A stretch of 64,000 nt of DNA, taken from assembly GCA_000092065.1 (NCBI GenBank), contig CP000587.1; one strand, 5' to 3'. The DNA comes from Ostreococcus lucimarinus (Eukaryota). Shown here in pieces: positions 9,400 to 18,786 of this stretch (position 1 is its first letter; every line of letters begins with the position of its first letter). Both the position numbers and the translations under genes were made by a program. The notes under the pieces are model-generated. The model made no database searches. It was not told where the DNA came from and was given only the letters and a program-made list of their open reading frames with translations.

Positions 9400-12300
9400 T
9401 CAGCCGTCGTCCGTTTCGTATTCGCTCTCTTCGTCGTCGCCGTCGTCTGTCTCATATTCGTCGTCGTCGTCTGTCTCATATTCGTCTTCGTCGTCGTCGT
9501 CGTCGTACCGCGTAACCGCGGGTCTACGACCGTGTAGAGCGCGGCGGAGTAGTGCTCGGCCGAAATGAAGATCATCTTCCGCGTCGTCACTGTCGCTATC
9601 GATGAAGTCAGAGTCGTATTCGCTGGAATCGTCGTCTCCCGAGTGCACGCCTTCGCCGTCGTCGTCGTAACGCACCCAATCGACCTCAGCCTCGCGCACC
9701 ATCTCGCGTAGACTGTTAATTTGATGCCGAATGCGCGCTTCGTTGATGTTTACCCGACCGTCTGCATCCTCAATGCGTTCTTCCGAGTCTTCGTCCGAAT
9801 AATCTTCTTCCCATCCATCGTGGTCCATGTTCAAAACCATGGGCTCGATCTCTTCGTGCTCGTCTTCGACGTCTGATTCGTCATCGGCTGGTCGTAGTCT
9901 CCCAACTTCGTGCAGACGCACGGTTGACTCGTGTGTGTTCAAGATATCATACTCCACCGTAGCGCAAAGAGTGTCGGAATTCACATCCCACGCGGCGTCA
10001 ATCATGCCCGAAGGAACGTCGACAGTGCAAATATCTGAATAATCGAGCATGTCGATGGTACAAAAAGAATGCTTGTACGGATGATGACACTTGCGCAAGG
10101 ATGAAAGCGGTGGCTCGTTTCTAGGGTGTAAAATGTGCGCCATACCCACGGTGCCGGTGAGGTTGAACTTTAGCGCTGCACGGTCGAGTGAAGGCACCAC
10201 GCGGAGCAAGCGTGATGACCGAATGTCCCACACTTCCCGCCCGATAATGATTTCGTTTCCTCCCGGATGGAAACACGCGCCCGCAGCCTCTGAATAACGG
10301 TCGAATCGTCGAATTGGCTTATCATTCGCCAATCGTACATCCCAGAGTACTTCATCCCACAAAATCAAGTCGTCGCTTGGAGAAAATGAAACTTCGTCGT
10401 TGTTTTTCGTCAATAACGGAGGGCCGCCAGTGTTCGAGGTGAGCCTGCGTGTAACGCGATGTGTTTCCATGTCCGCGAGCTCGACGACTGATTCGAGGCT
10501 ACCGCTGACAAATTGAGAGCCCGTGGAGTTTATGGCGCACCCAGAGTGACCAGAGCACCAAAGCATGTAGGGCGCATCGTCTGGATTCGGGAGGCTCCAA
10601 ATTGAGCAGCTTTCCACCGACGTAACGGCGAATAACGGTGTCGGGCACAGCGGACCAGCCGCCGCAATCTTGCGAATGGCGCCACTGACCCTCCCTGGCG
10701 TGGCGGCTATTTCCAAGAGCTCTCCAGATATGTGGTCGTACAGATGAAGCTCGCCGTCATTGTCACCGATGATGATTTGTTCCGGCACGCCATACAAGAA
10801 AGACGCGGCGGTGAATAAGCAATCATTGCCCCGAATCGCGCGCAGCGGTCTGAATCTGCTGTACACAAAGTGTCGATCAGCTCGACGCATGCCGGCATCC
10901 CAGCCAGTCACGTTAGCCCACTCACGCTGGCGAAGACGAGCCGTCAAGTTTCGCGGTGCTTCAAGAATACGTTTTGGCTGAGGACACTGATGCGGCGCAA
11001 GCAAAGAGAAGGGAGCGCACGCCGTAATCGGCGCGGCGCACTGCCGATGCTGAGCTCGGAGGTATTGCGTCAGAATAGAATCTAATCGCGAACGCACGCC
11101 ACAACCCGTTTCACCGCGTGGTGCATCGGAGACCAACACACCGGGTGTAGGAAACTCTTTGTGAACGCGCTCCTTCACGCTTGGCGATGGTGTTTGGTGT
11201 TCATTCGCACAGCAGGCGCGTTCTGTTGCACCAACTGCAATGGGTGGTGTGATAAGAGATTTCCGTATTTCTTCTCCGTTAGTTTTTCGCTTTTTGCCTC
11301 GTCGTGTGCTGCAAGGAGTAACAACAATACCATTTGCTCCTGGTTTGCTCGTTTTGACCGAATTGACCGAAGTTGTGACCACTGCGGGTGAAAGTTTGCT
11401 GGCTCGACTTGATTCTCCACGCCGTGGCCCTTTGCGCGGCGGCGCTTGAGTGGAGCCTTGCTCGAGCCCAAGAGTGAACGGTTCGCCCGCAATCCCGAGC
11501 ATACCGCGTGCCGCACCAGTCATTCTCGATCGTGGTGCACGCCGATACATCTTTGTGCGAGCTGTCTTGCTCTTGAAATTTAGCTTGAGGCGCGGCGCAG
11601 GCGAAGGACACAAACGACCTACACTCGCGCTGCGACCCGGGCGCTCCATCCCCGCCTCGTCCACGAGCGAAGCCGCGGTACTCGTCAAGCCAGCCGCGAC
11701 GAGATGCTCATGCATTATTTGTAAAAGCTCGTTGTGCGGATATCGAACTTTAGTTGCAGCTGCAATCAAGTGTCGTTCGAGTTTCGCCAGAGGCGGCGCC
11801 GCAGCGTCGGACGCCACCGCGGGCGTCGTCGCTTTGACGTTTGCAAACCCTGCGGTTGCCGCGATGAGCTCCACGGCGCATCGATGAAACTCTGTGGCGG
11901 CAGCCTGAACCGTAGCAGCTGTACCGTTTTCGCGCTTCGAGTCCACGATCGCTAGTTCGTCAAACGCGGAGTGTTGCGTCGTCCCCGTCTCGCGCAAAAG
12001 CTCTGAAAGATGCCGCGCTATTTGCAGCGTCTGTAGAGTGTTTGCGATTGACGCATCGCGAGATAACCCGAGCAAGGCACGACAACAAAGTGCTCTAGAT
12101 ATGTTCATAGACGGCTGAGGTAACGTCTTCGACGTTTTAAACAGCAGGTTGAGCAAAGACTTAACGCCAAAAGCCTCTCGGATATGTTTCCGCCCCGCCT
12201 CAAACGTTTCCTCCATTCGCGCGTAGTCAAAAACTGAGAACGACTTGCCATCGATGCTGTGAGAGCGCTGTAACTTCCCACTCTGTGATTTAGCATCGGT

Positions 12301-14199
12301 ACTATGCAAGGCGTAAGGGGGAGAAACGAGATTGCAAACGACTTTCAAAGCCTCGACCACGGCTTCAGTGTCGACCGCCTCTGCCGCATTCTCGACGACA
12401 TCTATGAGAACGTACCCAGAAGAGTAATATTCATCAAATTGCGCCTTTGCCGTGTGCACTCTTCCAGTGGGATGTGACGTCACAATCTTTAAAACGCTTA
12501 AAGATCCCAAAACGCACTCGCGAAGAGTTTTTTCACCCGGAGCCAAAGTGAGCAAGTCGAGCATCACCTTCGGCCCTTTTTGCGCCACGAAGGCTTCTAT
12601 GACGAGCCACGACTTGGTTTGCATGACGGCGGCGATGCGCTTTTGGCGACTCACTAAGCTAAATAGTCGCTCCGTCGCATCGTATCCGATATCCATCGCT
12701 TGTAGCATCGCACGATTATTGGTGCTCGTACTCTTCTTCGATTTGCCCATCACCTTTTCTTCGATCGCTTTGACGTGTTGCGCAAAATGCGCGCGCATGT
12801 ACTGTCTAAGCAACAAGCTCACGTGATCTCCAGTCTCTTTCGCCTGCGAAATCTCGTTCGGAGACATCGATGGGCGCACCTTATCTACGTCTACAACCAT
12901 CACTGCCAACGTCCGAAGGACGTCAAGGACGAGCTTGAGGCCAGCCTCCGCGTCAAACGCCACGACGACGACGGGGATTTGCATGGCAAACGTCAGGAAC
13001 AATGCGGCTTGACGACGCGCGTACTCGTTGCTGCAATCCAAAAGCTCGAGCGATACTTTCACATATCGTCGTGCCAAGTCCACCTGCGGCGACACGAGAC
13101 GTTCGAGCGCCGTGGTGATGCTCGCGATACCGAATAGGCAGCGCGTCAAATTGTAGTACGTCATAGGCCCTCTGGGAATGTTTAGCAACAACTTTGCGCC
13201 ACCGGCGTCAATGAAAGAAATCGCAAACTTCCGATGCGCCAGAAACGCACTGACGATAGAGAGCGCTTCGGATAGTTGAGGATCTCCAGGCCAAGCCGAA
13301 GTTTCTCCGTGGTGCCGCTTGAAGCCGTACTTCTCAAGCCACCCGTTTTCGCGGGGTCCCGCGACGAGACGCAGAGAGAGTTCGAGGACACCGTGCTTGA
13401 GTGCCTCTGCAAAACACTCAACATAATCGCCTATTGCTCCCACACACGTCAAGCGCGCTTGCATTAACGAGCGATGAAGATCGTCGTGATCGCCCGCATC
13501 GAGTCCGCTCGAGCAACCTTCGCCGGCGTCCTCGGCTAAACGCAACGTGTCCTCGCAAGAAATTTCCCACGCGGGCATGTCTTCGCCACCGCGACAGATC
13601 AACCGCACGAGCGGTATCAACAAACTCTCCATCACCCCGTTTCGTATGTTATCGCTCGCCGCGGTATCCGTGACGAGTAACGAGCAAAGCGCGCCCATCG
13701 CGTACGTCTTCAGCCGCCGCATGTCCAATTCCGCCGTCGGCCCGAGCAAGTGTTCGTTATCTCGCCTCGCCTCCATCGCTTGCACGTACGACCGACCCTC
13801 AAACGCGATCTCGCTCAGCACGTTGCAATACAAATCTTTCGTCGCATCATCGAACGGAAGGATTGAACATTTTTGCGCGTTTCGCATTCGGCACCCCAAC
13901 CCGCACGCGCGCATCACCCGCATCGCTCCCGCTTGCTCGCACAGTGCGCTGACGTACATCTGCTCCCCCACGGCGATGTCAACGATCGACCGCCGCCACT
14001 CAGGCTTGAACGGCATGTCATCGATCGCCTTCAGCCCGGCGTACTCGCGTCGGAGCGCGCTCGAGCACGACCCGCTGAAATCCTCAAAGCCTCGTTCCTC
14101 GCGTTCGATCGCGCGCGCCAGCGCGTGATACGACCGCGTCGCATCGTCAATAGCGCCTCGCGTGCGCGCCGCGACGACGCTTTTCCACGCCTCCTCCAT
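9400..14199 (-). CDS. DCAF1: DDB1- and CUL4-associated factor 1 (DCAF1/VprBP) homologue, a CRL4 substrate receptor.
   Basis: Several blocks match the human DCAF1 sequence as I recall it: KFAISFIDAGGAKLLLNIPRGPM, QYLRAQHRQCAAPITACAPFSLLAPHQCPQPKR, HFVYSRFRP, VLWDVR...FHPGGNEIII...EVWDIRSSRLLRVVPSLD (WD40) and LHEVGRLRP, followed by a long Asp/Glu tail. Start placed at MEEAWKSV (14199); ORF sequence upstream of it is GC-rich read-through. Confidence 0.85.
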   Translation of the reverse strand: MEEAWKSVVAARTRGAIDDATRSYHALARAIEREERGFEDFSGSCSSALRREYAGLKAIDDMPFKPEWRRSIVDIAVGEQMYVSALCEQAGAMRVMRACGLGCRMRNAQKCSILPFDDATKDLYCNVLSEIAFEGRSYVQAMEARRDNEHLLGPTAELDMRRLKTYAMGALCSLLVTDTAASDNIRNGVMESLLIPLVRLICRGGEDMPAWEISCEDTLRLAEDAGEGCSSGLDAGDHDDLHRSLMQARLTCVGAIGDYVECFAEALKHGVLELSLRLVAGPRENGWLEKYGFKRHHGETSAWPGDPQLSEALSIVSAFLAHRKFAISFIDAGGAKLLLNIPRGPMTYYNLTRCLFGIASITTALERLVSPQVDLARRYVKVSLELLDCSNEYARRQAALFLTFAMQIPVVVVAFDAEAGLKLVLDVLRTLAVMVVDVDKVRPSMSPNEISQAKETGDHVSLLLRQYMRAHFAQHVKAIEEKVMGKSKKSTSTNNRAMLQAMDIGYDATERLFSLVSRQKRIAAVMQTKSWLVIEAFVAQKGPKVMLDLLTLAPGEKTLRECVLGSLSVLKIVTSHPTGRVHTAKAQFDEYYSSGYVLIDVVENAAEAVDTEAVVEALKVVCNLVSPPYALHSTDAKSQSGKLQRSHSIDGKSFSVFDYARMEETFEAGRKHIREAFGVKSLLNLLFKTSKTLPQPSMNISRALCCRALLGLSRDASIANTLQTLQIARHLSELLRETGTTQHSAFDELAIVDSKRENGTAATVQAAATEFHRCAVELIAATAGFANVKATTPAVASDAAAPPLAKLERHLIAAATKVRYPHNELLQIMHEHLVAAGLTSTAASLVDEAGMERPGRSASVGRLCPSPAPRLKLNFKSKTARTKMYRRAPRSRMTGAARGMLGIAGEPFTLGLEQGSTQAPPRKGPRRGESSRASKLSPAVVTTSVNSVKTSKPGANGIVVTPCSTRRGKKRKTNGEEIRKSLITPPIAVGATERACCANEHQTPSPSVKERVHKEFPTPGVLVSDAPRGETGCGVRSRLDSILTQYLRAQHRQCAAPITACAPFSLLAPHQCPQPKRILEAPRNLTARLRQREWANVTGWDAGMRRADRHFVYSRFRPLRAIRGNDCLFTAASFLYGVPEQIIIGDNDGELHLYDHISGELLEIAATPGRVSGAIRKIAAAGPLCPTPLFAVTSVESCSIWSLPNPDDAPYMLWCSGHSGCAINSTGSQFVSGSLESVVELADMETHRVTRRLTSNTGGPPLLTKNNDEVSFSPSDDLILWDEVLWDVRLANDKPIRRFDRYSEAAGACFHPGGNEIIIGREVWDIRSSRLLRVVPSLDRAALKFNLTGTVGMAHILHPRNEPPLSSLRKCHHPYKHSFCTIDMLDYSDICTVDVPSGMIDAAWDVNSDTLCATVEYDILNTHESTVRLHEVGRLRPADDESDVEDEHEEIEPMVLNMDHDGWEEDYSDEDSEERIEDADGRVNINEARIRHQINSLREMVREAEVDWVRYDDDGEGVHSGDDDSSEYDSDFIDSDSDDAEDDLHFGRALLRRALHGRRPAVTRYDDDDDEDEYETDDDDEYETDDGDDEESEYETDDG
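9425..9500. repeat. Imperfect tandem duplication (unit about 24 bp, tcgtcgtctgtctcatattcg) inside the acidic tail of DCAF1.
   Basis: The sequence at 9441-9490 repeats and encodes DDDEYETDDDDEYETDDG. Confidence 0.6.
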
Positions 14200-14560
14200 C
14201 TCGCGCGCGTTTCGTTTCGATTCCGCCGCGAACGTCGACGCCGCCAACTTCTCCACGCTCGGCGGCACCGCGTGCTCGCGCGTTCGACGCCCCCGCGCGC
14301 GAGGCGTCGCCTCGCCGCCCGCGCCGCCGCTCGTCGTCGCGCGCGGCATCGCGTCGCCGCGCGGCATCGCGCGCGCGCCGCTCTGCCGAGCCGCCGGCGC
14401 GTCGCCGGCATTCGTCGACGCGTTCGAGTCGGCACAGACGCGCTCGCGAACGCATCGCGCGCCGAACGAGCGCGACGACTCGGCGTCGCTCGGTCGCGCG
14501 CGTCGTCGGACCTCGCGCCGCGCCCGTCGTCCGCGTCGCTCGCGCGCGCGCGTTCGGACG
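14200..14560. promoter_or_regulatory. Putative bidirectional promoter between the divergent DCAF1 (minus) and ThrRS (plus) genes.
   Basis: A 360-bp head-to-head spacer. Inference only; no motif was identified. Confidence 0.3.
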
Positions 14561-14845
14561 ATGTTTCGATTGACGACGACGTCCCCGGCGTTGGCGACGC
14601 GATGCGCGCTCGGACGGCGCATCGCGGGCGCGCATCGCGCGCGAATGACGACGTGCAACGCACGGCGGCACGATGTCGTCGGAACGCGCGTCGTGGGCGC
14701 GCGACGAGACGCGAGGACGCGATGGACGGGGGCGGGCGCGAGCGCGGCGGCGAGCGATAAGGCGAACGCGACGGCGAGCGACGCGGAGCCGGTGAAACTG
14801 CTGACGAGCGATGAGAGCGAGAATTTGTTGAAAATACGACACACG
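14561..14845 (+). CDS. Threonyl-tRNA synthetase exon 1: presequence plus linker, ending ...ENLLKIRHT.
   Basis: Starts MFRLTTTSPALATRCALGRRIAGAHRARMTT (transit-peptide-like). It is in the same frame as exon 2. Splicing gives ...IRHT|SAHVMAMAVQKVFP, matching the bacterial ThrRS motif RHSCAHLLGHAIKQLWP. Confidence 0.5.
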
Positions 14846-14998
14846 GTGCGTTGGAAATGCGAGGCGTGGGGAGACTTGCGTCGGTGGTGGATCGGACGAC
14901 GACGCGCGAGGGGCGAGCGGAGGGGGTTTGTGCGCGACCTGAACCACGCAGGGACGAAAGGAGACTGACGATGGGTTCGCTGATTTTACGCTTCGCAG
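14846..14998 (+). other. Intron (153 nt) in the ThrRS gene.
   Basis: GTGCGT donor at 14846; branch-like CTGAC at about 14964; pyrimidine run ttttacgcttcg followed by a CAG acceptor at 14996-14998. An in-frame TGA at 14966 and 14981 rules out read-through. Confidence 0.6.
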
Positions 14999-16705
14999 AG
15001 CGCGCACGTGATGGCGATGGCGGTGCAAAAGGTGTTTCCGAGCGCGCAGTGCACGATCGGGCCTTGGATCGACCGGGGATTTTATTACGACTTTTACTAC
15101 CCAGAGGGTTTCACCGATCAAGACATGAAGAAGATTCAAAAGGAAATGTATAAGATTATTCGCAAGGATTACCCGCTTCGCAGGGAGGAAGTGTCGCGAG
15201 AAGAAGCCGAACGCCGAATCCGGGAGATTAACGAGCCGTACAAGCTCGAAATCTTAGAAGCCATCAAGACGGAGCCGATTACGATTTATCACATCGGCGA
15301 CGAGTGGTGGGATTTGTGCGCGGGACCTCACGTGGAGTCCACGGGCAAGCTTGATCAGAAAGCGTTCGCGCTCGAAAGTTTGGCTGGGGCGTACTGGCGT
15401 GGTGACGAAACGAAGCCGATGTTGCAGCGCATTTACGGCACGGCGTGGGAGAATGAAGCACAGCTTCAGGCGTACAACGATTTCAAGGCGGAGGCGAAGC
15501 GTCGCGATCACCGAACGATCGGTAAGGATTTGGGTTTGTTCTCCCTTCAACAAGATAACGCTGGCGGCGGCTTGGTGTTTTGGCATCCGAAAGGCGCGCA
15601 CATGCGACACATGATCGAGACGTACTGGAAGGATCTCCATCTGGCGCGCGGGTACGAGCTCTTGTACTCACCGCACGTCGCCAGGCAAGAGTTGTGGAAA
15701 ACCTCTGGTCACAGCGATTTTTATTCCGAGAACATGTACCAGCCCATCAAGGTTGAAGATGAAATGTATCAGCTCAAACCGATGAACTGCCCGTTCCACA
15801 TCGTCGTTTACCAAGACGGATACTACTCGTACAAGGATTTACCCATTCGTTGGGCTGAGCTTGGCACGGTGTATAGATATGAACGTAGCGGCACCATGCA
15901 CGGCTTGTTCCGAGTGAGAGGTTTCACGCAGGATGACGCGCATATATTCTGCCTCCCGGATCAAATCACAGACGAGATCAAGAGCGTTCTCGATTTGACT
16001 GAAGAAATTCTGAGCACGTTTGGTTTTAAGGAGTTTGAAGTCAACCTATCCACCAGGCCGGAAAAGTCTGTCGGCGACGACAAGATTTGGGACACCGCGG
16101 AAGGTGCGCTTAAGGACGCATTGCAAATGAAGGGATGGGATTACATCGTCGACGACGGCGGTGGAGCGTTCTACGGGCCGAAGATTGACATTAAGATTTT
16201 GGACGCAATCGGGCGTAAGTGGCAATGCTCCACGGTGCAGCTCGACTTCAACCTGCCGGAGCGATTCGACCTATCCTACGTCGATCGCGAGAACGCAAAG
16301 CAGCGACCAATCATGATTCACCGCGCCATTTTCGGTTCCCTTGAGAGATTCTTCGGTATTCTCACCGAGAACTACGCCGGGGAGTTCCCGTTGTGGCTCG
16401 CCCCGATTCAAGTGCGCTTGCTTCCTGTGACGGACGAAGTCAGCGATTATACCGAAGGCGTCGCGAAAAAGCTCCGCGATGCGGGCGTGCGCGTTGAAAT
16501 TTGCACCGGACAACGTCTCGCTAAGCTCGTGCGCACGGCTGAGAAGGCAAAGATCCCGGTCATGGCGGTCGTCGGTAGAGAAGAAGCGGAGAACAACACG
16601 TTGGCTGTGCGTACGTTCAAGGATGGCGACGTCGGTACATTGTCTGTCGACGAAGTGTTGTCACGCGTCACCACCGCGAACGCGACAAAGGGTCAAAGCT
16701 TCTAG
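14999..16705 (+). CDS. Threonyl-tRNA synthetase catalytic core plus anticodon-binding domain (class II aaRS), exon 2.
   Basis: GPWIDRGFYYDF, class II motifs (FRVRGFTQDDAHIF, GGGAFYGPKIDIKILDAIGRKWQCSTVQLDF, MIHRAIFGSLERFFGILTE) and a C-terminal anticodon-binding domain. The ORF-track start at 15008 is a GTG. Confidence 0.9.
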   Translation, partial: SAHVMAMAVQKVFPSAQCTIGPWIDRGFYYDFYYPEGFTDQDMKKIQKEMYKIIRKDYPLRREEVSREEAERRIREINEPYKLEILEAIKTEPITIYHIGDEWWDLCAGPHVESTGKLDQKAFALESLAGAYWRGDETKPMLQRIYGTAWENEAQLQAYNDFKAEAKRRDHRTIGKDLGLFSLQQDNAGGGLVFWHPKGAHMRHMIETYWKDLHLARGYELLYSPHVARQELWKTSGHSDFYSENMYQPIKVEDEMYQLKPMNCPFHIVVYQDGYYSYKDLPIRWAELGTVYRYERSGTMHGLFRVRGFTQDDAHIFCLPDQITDEIKSVLDLTEEILSTFGFKEFEVNLSTRPEKSVGDDKIWDTAEGALKDALQMKGWDYIVDDGGGAFYGPKIDIKILDAIGRKWQCSTVQLDFNLPERFDLSYVDRENAKQRPIMIHRAIFGSLERFFGILTENYAGEFPLWLAPIQVRLLPVTDEVSDYTEGVAKKLRDAGVRVEICTGQRLAKLVRTAEKAKIPVMAVVGREEAENNTLAVRTFKDGDVGTLSVDEVLSRVTTANATKGQSF

Positions 16706-16793
16706 GAAGAGTCATTATGGACGATAAACGCATCTTTTGTAATCGCTAATCACAACTGGAATATTCTTTACTTAACACGCCGCGTCTCCGTCA

Positions 16794-17456
16794 TCAATCG
16801 AAGTCGCTGTCTTCGTCGTCGCTATTCAACGCCATCTTCGCCCCTCGACGAATATTCGTCGCCTTATCTATCACATTCATCGCCTTCTTAGCCGCCCGCG
16901 GGTTCGCATCGCAGTCGTTATCGCCACCTTCGTAATTAATCACCCCCTTCGAAGCGAGCACCAGACGCAAATGCTCTGTGGGAAAATCATCCGTCCCGCC
17001 GACGTCGTCGAAACCGACAATATAATCCACAACCTTGGTGTTACGAATCAGACAGAGCGTCGGCAACATCCAAATTTTAAGCTTTTCCGTCAAAAACGGC
17101 GACTTCTCGGCGTTGATTCTACAGACTAACGTCTCCGTGTGCTTCCTCGCCACCGCCGCGACGTGTTTATCCATCACCTCGCACGGCCACGACGAAGTTC
17201 TATAAAAATGTACAATCATCTTATCCTCTCCCTTCATCTTTTCGAAAAACGCTTTCTCATCATCTAAATCATTCACCACCCCGTGTCCACGCTCCAGCGC
17301 GCTCTTCCGCGCTTCGTGCGTCGATTTCATCGCCTCCAAGCGTTTCCTTCGAATATCCTCCAACGCGTCGCCGTCCATCTTTTCCAATCGATGCAGCTCA
17401 TCGTCCACGGAATCCTCCACCGCGCGCGCCATGTCGTACACCTTTTGCTCCACCAT
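16794..17456 (-). CDS. TXNDC9: Thioredoxin domain-containing protein 9 / phosducin-like protein (TXNDC9/PLP1 family).
   Basis: An N-terminal coiled region, then a thioredoxin fold lacking CxxC (KMIVHFYRTSSWPCEVMDKHV...LPTLCLIRNTKVVDYIVGFDD), and an acidic C-terminus (SDDEDSDFD). Confidence 0.8.
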   Translation of the reverse strand: MVEQKVYDMARAVEDSVDDELHRLEKMDGDALEDIRRKRLEAMKSTHEARKSALERGHGVVNDLDDEKAFFEKMKGEDKMIVHFYRTSSWPCEVMDKHVAAVARKHTETLVCRINAEKSPFLTEKLKIWMLPTLCLIRNTKVVDYIVGFDDVGGTDDFPTEHLRLVLASKGVINYEGGDNDCDANPRAAKKAMNVIDKATNIRRGAKMALNSDDEDSDFD

Positions 17457-17775
17457 GGCCTATCGCGTTCGAGTTGCGTCAGTCGTCGTCCGTTCGCGTT
17501 CGGTCGCGGTCAACGCGCGCGCGACAGCTCGAAAGTCAAAAAATCAAATCGACGCGCGCGCGGCGTGTCGCTTTCACCGTCGCGCGCGGCGCTTTTCGAA
17601 CGCACCTGCATCGCGTCGTTAGCGTTCATCGCGCGCGCGTCCTCCGTCGTCGCACGCGGTGTGTCGTCGTCGCGATCGCGTCGTCGTCGCGTTCTGACGC
17701 TCGGAGTGAGCCGTGAGCGTAAAGTCTTCTTTGAGCGATACTGATTATAAAACTTCTCGAACGAGCGTCGCGCGC

Positions 17776-17849
17776 GCGAAGAATCGGACGAGCGAGGACG
17801 CCGAGCGATATCGCTCAAACGTCTTTTCTCGCACGTCGTCACCGATTCG
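17776..17849 (-). promoter_or_regulatory. Candidate SECIS element (form 2) in the 3' UTR of the glutathione peroxidase gene.
   Basis: Minus-strand RNA: cgaaucgg-UGAC-GACGUGCGAG-AAAA-[GACG uuu gagcgauaucgcuc gg CGUC]-CUCGCUCGUC-C-GA-uuc. It has a UGAC/CGAU quartet with tandem G.A pairs, a 10-bp helix II with one U.U mismatch, an unpaired AAAA 11 nt after UGA, and an apical helix III. Folded by eye only. Confidence 0.45.
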
Positions 17850-17875
17850 CGCGGCACGGCGCCGTCGATTTGATT

Positions 17876-18559
17876 TTAAAGGTATGGATTCCGCGGTTTC
17901 GCCGTCAAAGCGACGCCGTCCAAGGCGCGCTTCAAATCTTCCTCGAATCCTTGCTCCAGAGGATCTCCCGGGCCGTACCTGCGAAGGACTCGGCCATCGC
18001 GACCGACTAAAAACTTGGTGTAATTCCAAGGAATTTCTCCGTCGAACGGCGGTCTCTTTAAAAACTCGTACACCGGCGATTGCTTCGCCGAACTCGTGAC
18101 GTCGTCCACCAACGGCGCCGTCAAAACCGCATCCGGATCATCCTTGAATTCCTCGTACGACGCCGGATCGATTCCTTTGCACCTGACCGGTTTAGCCTTG
18201 ACCGCGATTTTATCCATCACCGGAAACGTATCGACGCCGAATTTCTTATACGCGTACGCGCGTTCCATCTCGCTCGTTCCCGGCGCTTGGCACCCGAACT
18301 GATTCGCGGGAAACGCGATGATTTCAAACCCCCTATCGCGATACGTCTCATACATCCGCCTCAGCGCTGGGTAGTTGCTGTTCACCAGAGGTCACTCGCT
18401 CGCCACGTTGACGACGACGCTCACTTTGCCCCGATACGCCGCCAGCGGCGTCGGTTTCCCGTACTGCATCACCGTGAGATCGTACAACGACTCGGGCGAC
18501 TCCGCCGCGCGCGCCGGCGTCACCGTCACCATCGCCGCGAGCGTCGCGACGCGCGCCAT
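17876..18559 (-). CDS. GPX: Selenocysteine-containing glutathione peroxidase; the in-frame TGA at 18392-18394 encodes Sec.
   Basis: ORFs 18392..18784 and 17876..18385 lie on the same strand and in the same frame, separated only by TGA-CCT-CTG. The joined product is ...LYDLTVMQYGKPTPLAAYRGKVSVVVNVASE-U-PLVNSNYPALRRMYETYRDRGFEIIAFPANQFG...WNYTKFLV.... The TGA falls exactly at the GPx catalytic position (NVASxU; Tyr at U+7 as in human GPX1/4). Start placed at MARVATLAAMV (18559); upstream Met codons are alternatives. Confidence 0.8.
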
Positions 18560-18786
18560 CGCCCGTCGTCGCGTCGTCGTCGCGTCGTCGTCGTAAGCAT
18601 CGTCGACGGTTACCGCGACACCCCTACCGTTCGTCGCGCGCGTCGTCGTCGCCGTCGCGCGCGCTCGCCTCGTCGTCGCGCGCGTCGTCGTCATCGTCCG
18701 CGTCGCGCCCGCGCGCGCGGCCGTCGTCGACATGAATCGCCGCGCCGGCGCACCTCCGCGCGTCACAGAGTGTCGCGTCCGCATCC

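Noticed and set aside
17457-17775. Alternative SECIS candidates further 3' (ATGA at about 17610; GTGA at about 17560, both minus strand).
   Set aside because: The spacing between the quartet and the AA motif is about 29 nt, or there is no unpaired AA in the right position, so they fit the SECIS architecture worse than the 17776..17849 candidate.
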